From Nitrospinota bacterium (GTDB lineage Bacteria; JADFOP01): 42,308 nt of DNA. The notes beneath the pieces are model-generated. The model made no database searches, was not told the origin of the DNA, and saw only the letters and a list, made by a program, of their open reading frames with translations. The translations under genes and the position numbers were made by a program. Below are positions 9,067 through 20,521 of this stretch, piece by piece (within the stretch, counting starts at the first letter, position 1; the number at the start of each line of letters is the position of its first letter). The stretch is taken from contig JADFOP010000015.1 in NCBI GenBank assembly GCA_022562795.1, positions 1-42,308 of the forward strand. The letters run 5' to 3'.

Positions 9067-9399
9067 TTACTGTGACTTGCTGAGGTCGACCCCATCTACC
9101 GGGCTGCTCAGCCAGCCAAAGGGGAAGGTCAGAATCTGGAAGATCCCGACGAAGAAGCGTCCTGGCAGCATGAATATGCCCTTAATCAGCCCCTCGACGA
9201 GCGAGTCCATAAAGGGCCTGGGCTGCTCGGCCAGTCGTTCACCAGCGCCTTCCTCCAACGACATGCCGGAAATTGTGAGGTTCTTGATCCCCAACTCCAG
9301 CTTTTTAAGCGAGTGACCTATATCGATCTGTGCTAAGGCGACGGTCGGGACGGCGAGCATTGATAAAACCACGGTCATTGCAATCAGCTTCTTTATCAT
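9067..9399 (-). CDS. Small exported/membrane protein resembling the TIGR04073 (exosortase-system-associated) family
   Basis: AAAGGAGGAGG RBS and a signal peptide ending ALA. KKLELGIKNL...GLIKGIFMLPGRFFVGIFQILTFPF matches the family pattern as I recall it. Confidence 0.65.
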   Translation of the reverse strand: MIKKLIAMTVVLSMLAVPTVALAQIDIGHSLKKLELGIKNLTISGMSLEEGAGERLAEQPRPFMDSLVEGLIKGIFMLPGRFFVGIFQILTFPFGWLSSPVDGVDLSKSQ

Positions 9400-9779
9400 C
9401 TTTTGTCCTCCTCCTTTCACCCTATTATTACCTAAGGCATACAAGTGCCTTTCAATCACCCCGCGCCCTTGGCCCACCGGCAACGGGGATCAACAAGATA
9501 ATATGAGGGGGATTGGGTAGCCCCCTCCGACGGTCGTCCCTATTTCAGGCCGCCATCGTCAACTATGGATGTTTGGTGTGTGGCTTTCGTTCGGGAGTAA
9601 TTCTGACCTTGGAGATGTCAACATCGCGGGGTGTAGCGCCCGCGGTGACGCTCCCTGGCCTTTTCTCCCACGTCAACGCCCTGCGATGTCCCCATGGTGT
9701 CCACCACCCACACGAGGGCGTTGCCCCATCCATTCCTCCACCTACTAACAGGTCACCAGTTGGAAGGCGAAGGACTTAA
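9400..9779 (-). ncRNA. Candidate long structured 5' leader or ncRNA; no family recognised
   Basis: At least 8 complementary stem pairs, including nested long-range helices, between a clear promoter and the ATG at 9399. Confidence 0.5.
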
Positions 9780-9784
9780 GTGGC

Positions 9785-9813
9785 CTTATAACACACCCTG
9801 GAAAACCATGCAA
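9785..9813 (-). promoter_or_regulatory. Putative sigma70 promoter driving the long leader and small protein
   Basis: TTGCAT-17 nt-TATAAG with a TGn extension. Confidence 0.6.
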
Positions 9814-9873
9814 GCGTTTTTTCGTAGTATCGAGAGCCAAGCGCAAAAAGGGGAACCGGCGGTCTGTATTCGC

Positions 9874-11334
9874 TCAGGGGTTAGACATCGCCCGATAGAG
9901 CTGCTCCTCTCTTGCGGCCTCTCGAACGAAGCCCAGGCGGTTGTAAATGACCGAGAGGTTGAAATGGGCATCGGGCAGGTTGGCGTCGTGGGCCAAGGAT
10001 TTTTTAAGCGCCGCAACGGCCTCTTCGAGCCTTCCTGCGTGGGCCAGGGCCGCCCCGAGGTTGAGGTGAGCCTCAGCGAGAGACGGGTCGATGGCGACCG
10101 CCTTATTGTAGGCGTCAATTTCCTCGGCCCGGCGCCCCATCTCACCGTATACGATACCCAAGTTGACGTAGGCCCTGGTGTGACGGGGGTTTTGGGCCAA
10201 GGCGGCGCGCAAGTCGGCCACCGCTTCCTTATAACGCTTAAGGCCATGGAGAGCCACCCCTCGGTTGACAAGCGCTTTGATGTGGCCGGGCTGCTGGGCT
10301 AGAACCGCATCGACGGTCTGTCGGGCTTCCTCATACGATTCGCGCCTAAGGAGGTTGACACCCAGGTTGTATCGGGCCTCTAAGTCGTCGGGATCGAGGG
10401 TCAGGGTACGCCGGTAGGTCGCTATGGCCTCATCGATACGGTAGCCAGGCCCGTAACGGACCCCCTCGGCGTTATGCTCGTAGGCCACGGCCAGATTGTA
10501 TGCGGCATCGGAGTATGTGGGGTCAATGGCCAGAGCCTGCTGGTAGGCGGCCACGGCCTCATCAACCTTCCCTTGTCGGCGCAGCGCCAGCCCCAGATTG
10601 TTGGCAGCCGCCGCGTTTCGGGGGTTGAGCTCCAGGGCACGGCGGTTGGATGCGATGGCCTCTTCGTAGCGGCCCAGGTGGGCCAGCGCCCGGCCCCGAT
10701 GAAAGTGGATGAGAGCCTGGCTCGGCTCGATGGCCGCCGCCCTGTCGTATGACTCCAATGCCGTGGACCATTGCGCCTTGGCTGCGTAAGCGGCTCCCAA
10801 GTTGACGTAGGCCTCCACCAGCTCCGGCTTGATCTCAATCGCCCGCTGAAGTCTTGCGATGGCTTCATCCAGCTTGCCCTGATTGGCGGCCACCGCCCCC
10901 AGGTTGAGGTAGGCCTCGGCCATGTAGGGGTTCTGAGAAAGGGCTTGCTGAAAAGCGGCCTCGGCCTCGGTGGAGCGGCCCTGTCGGGCCAAGACCGAGC
11001 CCAGGTTGACGTAGCCCCGGGCGAGGGAAGGGTCGGCCTTAACGGCCCTTCGGTAGGCGGCTTCCGCCTCTGGAAGCCGGCCCTCCCGGTCGTTGATCAC
11101 CCCAAGGCTGAAGAGCGCCTGTACGTGGGACGGGTCGGCGGCGACAGCCGCCTCGAAGGCCTTCCTGGCATCTTTACCCCGGCCTTCTGCGGCCAGCGCT
11201 ACCCCCTGGCGGTAGAGGCTCTCGGCCGACGGCGCCTCGGCTCCCGCGACGGATCCCCAAGCAAGCACCAAGATGAACAGGCATGCGAGAGATCTGCGCA
11301 AAGCAGCCTCCTTTGAAGCGGCACGCTCACTCAC
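9874..11334 (-). CDS. Exported all-TPR protein (about 12-13 repeats)
   Basis: Signal peptide followed by repeated 34-aa AY.NLG...G...EA...Y..AL...P units. Confidence 0.92.
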   Translation of the reverse strand: MSERAASKEAALRRSLACLFILVLAWGSVAGAEAPSAESLYRQGVALAAEGRGKDARKAFEAAVAADPSHVQALFSLGVINDREGRLPEAEAAYRRAVKADPSLARGYVNLGSVLARQGRSTEAEAAFQQALSQNPYMAEAYLNLGAVAANQGKLDEAIARLQRAIEIKPELVEAYVNLGAAYAAKAQWSTALESYDRAAAIEPSQALIHFHRGRALAHLGRYEEAIASNRRALELNPRNAAAANNLGLALRRQGKVDEAVAAYQQALAIDPTYSDAAYNLAVAYEHNAEGVRYGPGYRIDEAIATYRRTLTLDPDDLEARYNLGVNLLRRESYEEARQTVDAVLAQQPGHIKALVNRGVALHGLKRYKEAVADLRAALAQNPRHTRAYVNLGIVYGEMGRRAEEIDAYNKAVAIDPSLAEAHLNLGAALAHAGRLEEAVAALKKSLAHDANLPDAHFNLSVIYNRLGFVREAAREEQLYRAMSNP

Positions 11335-11371
11335 CCGCAGCGACTGAGAAGTCGGGCTCCCCCGGTCTCAT

Positions 11372-11380
11372 ATTATACCA
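11372..11380 (-). promoter_or_regulatory. Extended -10 element upstream of the TPR gene
   Basis: TGGTATAAT about 38 nt before the start; no properly spaced -35. Confidence 0.5.
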
Positions 11381-11407
11381 GTCCGGTCAAGGGAAGGCTG
11401 AGCGGCC

Positions 11408-11782
11408 CTAAGGGGTGGGAATGTAGCTGGCCACATACCGATCCTGCTCGCCCACATCGACCCGTGCGATGGTCACCCCGTCGCGTTCGATAACCGACGC
11501 CAAGCGGCCATAAATCCACCGGGCCAGGTTTTCGCTGGTGGGATTGAGTCCACCCAGGGCCGGGTTGTCATTGAGATTCGTGTAGGTAAGCTCCTCAAGG
11601 CACGCCTCCAGGGCCCGGTGGGCCTCGACAAAATCGATACCCATCCCGGCCTCATCGAGAGTCTGGCAAGCCATCACCACCTCTACCTGCCAGTTGTGGC
11701 CGTGGAGCGACTCCAACTCACCGTCGGCATAGCGCACCTGGTGGGCGGCGTTAAAGCCGCCGCGGACGCGAACTTCGTACAT
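11408..11782 (-). CDS. 6-pyruvoyl-tetrahydropterin synthase (COG0720/QueD family), PTPS-III-type active site
   Basis: FNAAH...ELESLHGHNWQVEV...GIDF...NPTSENLARWIY. GGAGG precedes ATG 11782. Confidence 0.9.
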   Translation of the reverse strand: MYEVRVRGGFNAAHQVRYADGELESLHGHNWQVEVVMACQTLDEAGMGIDFVEAHRALEACLEELTYTNLNDNPALGGLNPTSENLARWIYGRLASVIERDGVTIARVDVGEQDRYVASYIPTP

Positions 11783-11852
11783 GGGGTGCCTCCATCCATC
11801 CATCACGATAGGCTGCCTCAAGGGAGAAGTCAATGCAGCCTGCCAGCCACCG

Positions 11853-11881
11853 TTGCATTCACCTAGACCCTCGGATATGAT
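11853..11881 (+). promoter_or_regulatory. Putative sigma70 promoter giving a leaderless nfeD transcript
   Basis: TTGCAT-17 nt-TATGAT, then 6 nt, then ATG. Confidence 0.6.
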
Positions 11882-11887
11882 GATTTT

Positions 11888-13213
11888 ATGATGTTTTCGC
11901 TCCACACCGGACCGTGGCGAGCTGCGCTGTTAGGCACTTTCGTGGTGGGGCTCGCTCTTTCATCCGCTTCAGCCGCAACCCCCACTCCCAGGCCCGTCGC
12001 CTTGCTGCCTTACAGTGGGGTAATCAACCCCGTCGCAAGTGAATACGTCGACAAGGGTCTAGAAAAAGCCCGCGCCTTGGGCGCCCAAGCCCTCGTACTA
12101 CAACTCGACACTCCCGGCGGCCTCGATAAATCCATGCGTCTGATCATTAAGTCCATGCTGGCAAGCCCCATCCCGGTGGTGGTTTACGTCGCGCCCGCAG
12201 GGAGCAGGGCAGCCAGCGCCGGGGTCTTCATCACCATGGCGGCCCACGTTGCGGCTATGGCGCCGGGCACCAACATCGGCGCGGCCCACCCAGTGGCCCT
12301 GGGCGGGGGTAAGATGGACAAGACCATGATCGAGAAGGTGGAGAACGACGCGGCGGCTTACATTCGCTCCCTGGCCGAACGATGGGGCCGGAACGCCGAC
12401 TGGGCCGAGGAGGCCGTCCGCAAGAGTGTGTCCATCCAGGCCTCCGAAGCCGTCGAGAAAGGGGTGGTCGACCTCCTGGCGCCGAGCCTCGAGGAGCTGC
12501 TGGCTAAGATCGACGGCCGCGCGATCCAGGCGGGCGGCCGGACCGTTACCCTGGCCACAGCCGGGGCGCCGGTCGTGACCGTCTCCATGACGCTCAAGCA
12601 ACGCATCCTCTCGTTCCTGTCCCACCCCAACGTTGCCTACCTCCTCATGCTGCTCGGCTTCTACGGCATTTTCTTCGAACTCTCATCGCCGGGGGCTCTC
12701 TTTCCTGGCATTATCGGGGGGATTGCCATCATTCTGGCGGCCTACGCCCTCCAGCTGCTCCCGGTCAACTGGGCCGGGCTGGCGCTGATGGCCCTAGCCC
12801 TCGTCCTCTTCCTCCTAGAGATTAAGGTTCCCAGCCACGGGGCGCTGACCATAGGCGGAGTAGTCGCCCTTACGCTCGGCAGCCTCATGCTCTTTGACTC
12901 CCCTGACCCCCTCCTTCGGGTCTCGCTCAAAGTTATCATCCCGGCGGTGGTTGTCACCAGCGGGTTCTTTATTTTCCTCGTTGGCAAGACGGCCCAGGCC
13001 CACCGGGCGCGGGTAACCACAGGCCGCGAGGGCCTCGTGGGGGCAGAAGGGATAGTACGGAAGTGGGCCGACGGCCAGGGCACTATCCTGCTTAGGGGTG
13101 AGCTCTGGAAGGCCGAGAGCCAGTCGGCCCTCGTATCAGGCCAGGAGGTGACCGTGACCGAGACAGACGGCCTGACGCTCACCGTCACTCCTCCAGAAGG
13201 AGAACTCAAATGA
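11888..13213 (+). CDS. nfeD: NfeD (long form): ClpP-class membrane serine protease, TM region and C-terminal OB fold
   Basis: [33 protein letters not shown], a TM bundle, GELWKA. Confidence 0.93.
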   Translation: MMFSLHTGPWRAALLGTFVVGLALSSASAATPTPRPVALLPYSGVINPVASEYVDKGLEKARALGAQALVLQLDTPGGLDKSMRLIIKSMLASPIPVVVYVAPAGSRAASAGVFITMAAHVAAMAPGTNIGAAHPVALGGGKMDKTMIEKVENDAAAYIRSLAERWGRNADWAEEAVRKSVSIQASEAVEKGVVDLLAPSLEELLAKIDGRAIQAGGRTVTLATAGAPVVTVSMTLKQRILSFLSHPNVAYLLMLLGFYGIFFELSSPGALFPGIIGGIAIILAAYALQLLPVNWAGLALMALALVLFLLEIKVPSHGALTIGGVVALTLGSLMLFDSPDPLLRVSLKVIIPAVVVTSGFFIFLVGKTAQAHRARVTTGREGLVGAEGIVRKWADGQGTILLRGELWKAESQSALVSGQEVTVTETDGLTLTVTPPEGELK

Positions 13214-14016
13214 TCTCGTTGCTCAGCGCACCGCTCATCATCCTCCTCGTCATCATGTTTTTGTTCTCGGCCATCCGGGTGCTCCGGGAGTACGAGCGTG
13301 GCGTGATCTTCAGGCTCGGACGCCTGCTCAAGGCCAAAGGGCCGGGCCTCATCATCGTGCTTCCTGTCATTGATAAGATGGTGCGCGTGTCTCTTAGGCT
13401 CGTGACCATGGATGTGCCGTCCCAGGACGTAATAACCAAGGACAACGTCTCGCTGAAGGTCAACGCCGTTATCTACTTCCGTGTGATGGACCCAGTGAAG
13501 GCCATCATCGAGGTCGAGGACTTCCTTTACGCCACGACCCAGCTCGCCCAGACGACTCTCCGGAGCGTGTTGGGCCAGAGCGAGCTCGATGAGCTGTTGA
13601 GCGAGCGCGATAAGATCAACACGAGCCTCCAGTCGATCCTAGACGAGCACACCGACTCGTGGGGTATCAAGGTGACCCAAGTGGAGGTCAAACACATCGA
13701 CCTGCCGAGCGATATGCAGCGGGCCATCGCCCGGCAGGCGGAGGCGGAGCGGGAAAGGCGGGCCAAGATCATTCACGCCGAGGGTGAGTTCCAGGCCGCC
13801 GGCAAGCTCGCCGAGGCCTCAAAGATCATCGGCCAGCACCCGGCGGCCATTCAGCTTCGCTTTCTCCAGACCCTCACCGAGGTGGCGGCCGAGAACAACT
13901 CCACTGTGATCTTCCCCGTACCCATCGACCTGCTGGGGGCGATATTTCACTCGACCCAGCGTAGCGATGACCAGGCCGGCGGCCAGCCCGAAGCGCCGGA
14001 GGACGCCCAGGGATAA
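13210..14016 (+). CDS. Stomatin/slipin SPFH (band 7) protein
   Basis: [45 protein letters not shown] overlap with nfeD. Confidence 0.95.
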   Translation: MISLLSAPLIILLVIMFLFSAIRVLREYERGVIFRLGRLLKAKGPGLIIVLPVIDKMVRVSLRLVTMDVPSQDVITKDNVSLKVNAVIYFRVMDPVKAIIEVEDFLYATTQLAQTTLRSVLGQSELDELLSERDKINTSLQSILDEHTDSWGIKVTQVEVKHIDLPSDMQRAIARQAEAERERRAKIIHAEGEFQAAGKLAEASKIIGQHPAAIQLRFLQTLTEVAAENNSTVIFPVPIDLLGAIFHSTQRSDDQAGGQPEAPEDAQG

Positions 14017-14025
14017 GACGCACAG

Positions 14026-14994
14026 CTATGATGATGTGGGCTCCTGCGGGGGCGGAGCGTCGGCTGAGCGCTGAAGCGCGGCGTCTGGAGACAGGAGCGC
14101 CACCTCAGCCAACATGCGCTCCTCTTCAATCCCGATCGCCGTTGCGAGGATTCCGATCATCTCTATGTCGCCTTCGGCTAATGCGACCTCGTCCTGGTAC
14201 GCAACGACGAGAGCACCCAAGAGATAGCTAAAACAGCTCACCGCCTGCCCCACGTAAGTCTTAAACTCATTTGCAGCCACGTTCGGGTCGGTGCGCGCAT
14301 AGGGTGTGGCCTGCAGATTGCTGATGATGACAATGCCGTCTTTACCTCCCCGTTTGACCACGTCATAGCAAATGTGCCCAGGCCGGGCCTCGGCAGGATT
14401 ATAGTCGCCGAAGGTCTGCCAGCCGCCTGCCGAATAAACCCGTCCGTCCACGAGCCTTCCGTACAGTGCGCCGTCGGCCCCCAGTATTTCCCCACACGCC
14501 TCAACCAGACGTTGAATGTTGCTGTGAAAATCGGGGGTGAGATCGAGGAAGGCCTCATTCAGCGCGCGATATTGCGCCCCCGTCCTTTTTTTTTCATCTT
14601 CGAGCCGATGCTGGAGGAGAGCCCGCTCAATGGCGGCGGGCAACAGTTCTAGATACCTCCCATCCGTGTCTTTGACGATGTATTCGACCGCCCCTAGCTT
14701 CATCGCCTCGACGGCGACTTCCACGTTGCGGTGGCCGGTGACAATGATGGCGGGCGGCAGGGACTTTCGGGCGGCCAGTCGACGAATCACCTCGAGCCCA
14801 TCGGTACCCGGCATATGGAGGCCAAGAGCCACCACATCGTAATCCCCCGCCTCGAACATCTCCAGCCCCTCTTTCCCGTCGCGCGCAAGCGTTACGGCGT
14901 AGCCCTCCCCCTCCAAGACCGTCTGAACCAGCCGGGCCATCCCGGGGTCGTCCTCCATGTAAAGGATGTGGATGGGTCGGCGCAGCGCCATCAT
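14026..14994 (-). CDS. Receiver (REC) + GAF domain protein; phospho-acceptor Asp replaced by Gly, no output domain
   Basis: ILYMEDD...VVALGLHMPG...IIVTG...AMKLGAVEYIVKD, then a GAF-like region (GHICYDV, TYVGQAV, LGALVV). AAAGGAG precedes ATG 14994. Confidence 0.8.
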   Translation of the reverse strand: MMALRRPIHILYMEDDPGMARLVQTVLEGEGYAVTLARDGKEGLEMFEAGDYDVVALGLHMPGTDGLEVIRRLAARKSLPPAIIVTGHRNVEVAVEAMKLGAVEYIVKDTDGRYLELLPAAIERALLQHRLEDEKKRTGAQYRALNEAFLDLTPDFHSNIQRLVEACGEILGADGALYGRLVDGRVYSAGGWQTFGDYNPAEARPGHICYDVVKRGGKDGIVIISNLQATPYARTDPNVAANEFKTYVGQAVSCFSYLLGALVVAYQDEVALAEGDIEMIGILATAIGIEEERMLAEVALLSPDAALQRSADAPPPQEPTSS

Positions 14995-15260
14995 GCCCGC
15001 TCTCCTTTCCAGGGCGGTTGTGCCGGAGTATGCTGGGGCAAAACATATGTTCACCCATATATATCGGCTTTCGTGGGGGAGACGTTAAGGGGAGGGACGA
15101 AGCGGCCGGCCTCATCGCATGGGTGTCAAAATCTTGACGGTGAGATGTTCCCCTGCTCGAAGGACGGTGTGGGGGCATAGGGAAGGGCTAAATGGGACGG
15201 AAGTAGGAGTTATGGAGCAACAGCCCTAAAGTCTTTTACTAAAAATAGATACGGCTAGGC

Positions 15261-16087
15261 TCACCCCTCCCCTCGCACTATCCGGTCGATGGCGAGGACG
15301 GGCTCGAGCAGGGCGGGGAGCTCTTCGAGGGGCCACTGGTTGGGCCCGTCGCAGAGGGCTTTCTCCGGGTTGGGGTGGACCTCGAGGAAGAGGGCGTCGC
15401 AGCCGGCGGCCGCGGCGGCCCGGGCGAGATGAGGGATGAAGCGGCGCTCGCCGCCGCTAGAGCTCCCCTGCGCACCGGGAAGCTGCACGGCGTGTGTGAC
15501 ATCGAAGACGACCGGGTAGCCGAGAGAGCGCATGATGGCCAACCCCCGCATGTCGGCCACGAGGTTGGAGTAGCCAAAGGCGGTCCCCCGCTCGGTGAGC
15601 AAGATATCTTCGTTACCCTGAGAGCGGATTTTCTCCACCACGTGTTCGACGTCCCACGGGGCGAGAAACTGGCCCTTTTTGATATTGACCGGTTTGCCCG
15701 TCGCTGCGGCGGATGTAACGAGATCGGTCTGGCGGCAGAGGAAAGCGGGAATCTGAATGCAGTCAAGAACCTGGGCGGCGGGCTCGACCTCTTCGAGCGA
15801 GTGGACGTCAGAGAGGATCGGCAGGCCGGTCTCTTCTTTAACCCGGCGGAGGATTTCCAGGCCCTCGGCAAGCCCCGGGCCTCGGAAGCTCTCGAAGCTC
15901 GTGCGGTTGGCTTTGTCGTAGGACGACTTGTAGATGACCCCGACCCCCAGGCTCTCTCCCACGGCTTTGAGCCTTAGGGCTACCTCGATGGCGAGCTCCG
16001 CGCTTTCGATAACACAGGGCCCGGCGATGAGGGCAAGCGGCTCGTCGCCGCCGACAGCCACCCGGCCTACAGTGACGGTACGTCCCA

Positions 16088-16088
<1 letters not shown>
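15261..16088 (-). CDS. kdsA: KDO 8-phosphate synthase (metal-dependent type, AGPC Cys)
   Basis: IAGPCVIES, KSSYDKANRT, QIPAFLCRQTDL, KKGQFLAP, ALCDGP. Confidence 0.97.
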
Positions 16089-18522
<2,434 letters not shown>

Positions 18523-18533
18523 CCCTCCCCCCG

Positions 18534-20315
18534 TCAGCCCACCGGCTCGCGGTCGGCTCCCTCGATATACTGCAGGTCGTAGAGTTTTCGGTAGAGCCCG
18601 CCCTTGGCGTAGAGGGCCTCGTGGGTGCCCTGCTCCAGCACCTCATCTTCGTCAAGGACGATTATGGTGTCGGCGTTAATGATTGTTGAGAATCGGTGGG
18701 CGATGACGCAGACCGTCCGGTTTTCCATGAGGCGGTTCAGGGCCTTCTGGACAAGTTTTTCGCTCTCGGAATCGAGGGCGCTCGTGGCCTCGTCGAGGAT
18801 GAGAATGGGCGGATCCTTGATGAGGGCCCGGGCGATGGCGAGCCGCTGGCGCTCGCCTCCGGAGAGCTTCACCCCTCGGTCGCCGATGACGGATTCGTAG
18901 CCCTCGGGCATCTGGACGATGAAGTCGTGGGCGTAAGCGGCCCGGGCGGCGGCCTCCACCTGGGCGTCCGTCGCGTCCTGGCGGCCGTAGCAGATGTTGT
19001 TGCGAACCGTGTCATTGAAAAGGAAGGTATCTTGGGCCACAATGCCGATTTGATCCCGCAGGCTCTGGAGGCTCGCCTCGGCGATGTCCACCCCGTCGAT
19101 GGTGATCCGCCCCTTCGTGACCTCGAAGAAACGGGGAATGAGGTCCACGAGGGTTGACTTTCCCACCCCGCTCATGCCGGCGATGGCGACGATCTGGCCC
19201 TTGGGCACCCGGAGCGTGATGTCCTTCAAGACCCAGTCGCCCTTGGGGTAGCGGAACCATACGTGCTCGAAGGCGAGCTCCCGCTGGATGGGCGCCAGGG
19301 CCACTTCTCCTGTCACCTCCATGGGCTCGGGCTCAGAATCGAGAATCTCATAGGCCCGCTGGGAAGCGGCCATGGCCTGCTGAATTTTATTGTAGGAGCG
19401 CGACAGCTTGCGGATGGGACCGTAGAGCATGAAGAGGGCCACCATGAACGAGGAGAACTCGCCTGCCGTGAGCGCCCCGGTTATGACCCGCATGCCGCCG
19501 ATCCATACGAGGGAGGCCAAAGCGAAGGCCCCGAAAAACTCCATTGCAGGGCTGGTCATCTCCACGTACTTTAAGGACTTTCGCATCACATCGAAAAACC
19601 GCAGGTTTTCCTCCGCGTAGCGGTCTGCCTCGTAATCTTCCATCCCAAATGCCTTGATAATGCGTGCGCCCGTGATGGTCTCCTGCAGGATGGCGTTCAT
19701 GTCAGCCATCTTTTCCTGGCTGCGTCTCGACAGGTTCTTGAGCTTTTCGCCTACGCCGTATAGGAATACAACACACAGCGGCAGGACCAGAACACTGATG
19801 GCGGCCAGCTGCCAGTCGCGCCAGAAGAGGACCACCAGAAGGGCAACGATGGAGAGGTTCTCCCGGACGAGGTCGGCTAGGAGGTTGCTGACCGCGCCCT
19901 CCATGAGGGAGATGTCGTTGGAGATGCGGCTCATCAGCTCTCCGGTTCGTCGCTCGTGGAAGAAGGTCAAAGGAAGCGTCTGAATGTGGGCGTACATATC
20001 GTTTCTAAGCTGCATGACCACGTGGACGCCTATGATGTTCATAGTGTAGCCGGCGATGAACCGGGAAGCCCCTCGCACACCGTAGAGGATGATGACGATG
20101 AACGGCAATAGCTTAAGCCATACCATGTTCTTTTCTAGAAAGATTTTGTCTAGCACGGGCTGGACAATCCAGGCCGTGGCCCCGGTGGTGACGCTCACCA
20201 CCACCATGCAACCCATAGCGGCGAAGAGCTTGGGGTAGTGGGGCCTGGCGTAGCCCATCAACCGACGGTACAACTTAATGGAGAACTTCGTCCTATCGAT
20301 CACCGGCATAGCCAT
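18534..20315 (-). CDS. msbA: Lipid A export ABC transporter (permease + ATPase)
   Basis: Six-TM domain plus GMSGVGKST, LSGGERQR, LILDEATSALD and IAHR; LPS cluster context. Confidence 0.9.
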   Translation of the reverse strand: MAMPVIDRTKFSIKLYRRLMGYARPHYPKLFAAMGCMVVVSVTTGATAWIVQPVLDKIFLEKNMVWLKLLPFIVIILYGVRGASRFIAGYTMNIIGVHVVMQLRNDMYAHIQTLPLTFFHERRTGELMSRISNDISLMEGAVSNLLADLVRENLSIVALLVVLFWRDWQLAAISVLVLPLCVVFLYGVGEKLKNLSRRSQEKMADMNAILQETITGARIIKAFGMEDYEADRYAEENLRFFDVMRKSLKYVEMTSPAMEFFGAFALASLVWIGGMRVITGALTAGEFSSFMVALFMLYGPIRKLSRSYNKIQQAMAASQRAYEILDSEPEPMEVTGEVALAPIQRELAFEHVWFRYPKGDWVLKDITLRVPKGQIVAIAGMSGVGKSTLVDLIPRFFEVTKGRITIDGVDIAEASLQSLRDQIGIVAQDTFLFNDTVRNNICYGRQDATDAQVEAAARAAYAHDFIVQMPEGYESVIGDRGVKLSGGERQRLAIARALIKDPPILILDEATSALDSESEKLVQKALNRLMENRTVCVIAHRFSTIINADTIIVLDEDEVLEQGTHEALYAKGGLYRKLYDLQYIEGADREPVG

Positions 20316-20332
20316 AGCGGTCTCTCGTAAGG

Positions 20333-20518
20333 TTAGGAGCTCTCGCCACCCTCCAGCGGCTTGGCCTCGTCAATGAGCATGATGGGAATGCCTTCTTTAA
20401 TCTCATACAGGAGCTTGCAGGCATCGCAGATGAGGCCATCTTCAGTCTCGTTGAGGCGAATCTCCCCCTTGCACTTGGGGCAAGCCAGAATCTCCAGAAG
20501 CTTCTTATCGATGCTCAT
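20333..20518 (-). CDS. Trm112-like / UPF0434 (YcaR) protein
   Basis: LLEILACPKCKG...LICDACKLLYEIKEGIPIMLIDEA. Confidence 0.92.
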   Translation of the reverse strand: MSIDKKLLEILACPKCKGEIRLNETEDGLICDACKLLYEIKEGIPIMLIDEAKPLEGGESS

Positions 20519-20521
20519 GTC

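Noticed and set aside
9513-10302. Plus-strand ORFs 9513-9779 and 9694-10302 as genes in the long intergenic region
   Set aside because: No RBS or protein-like features; the second is mostly antisense to the TPR gene.
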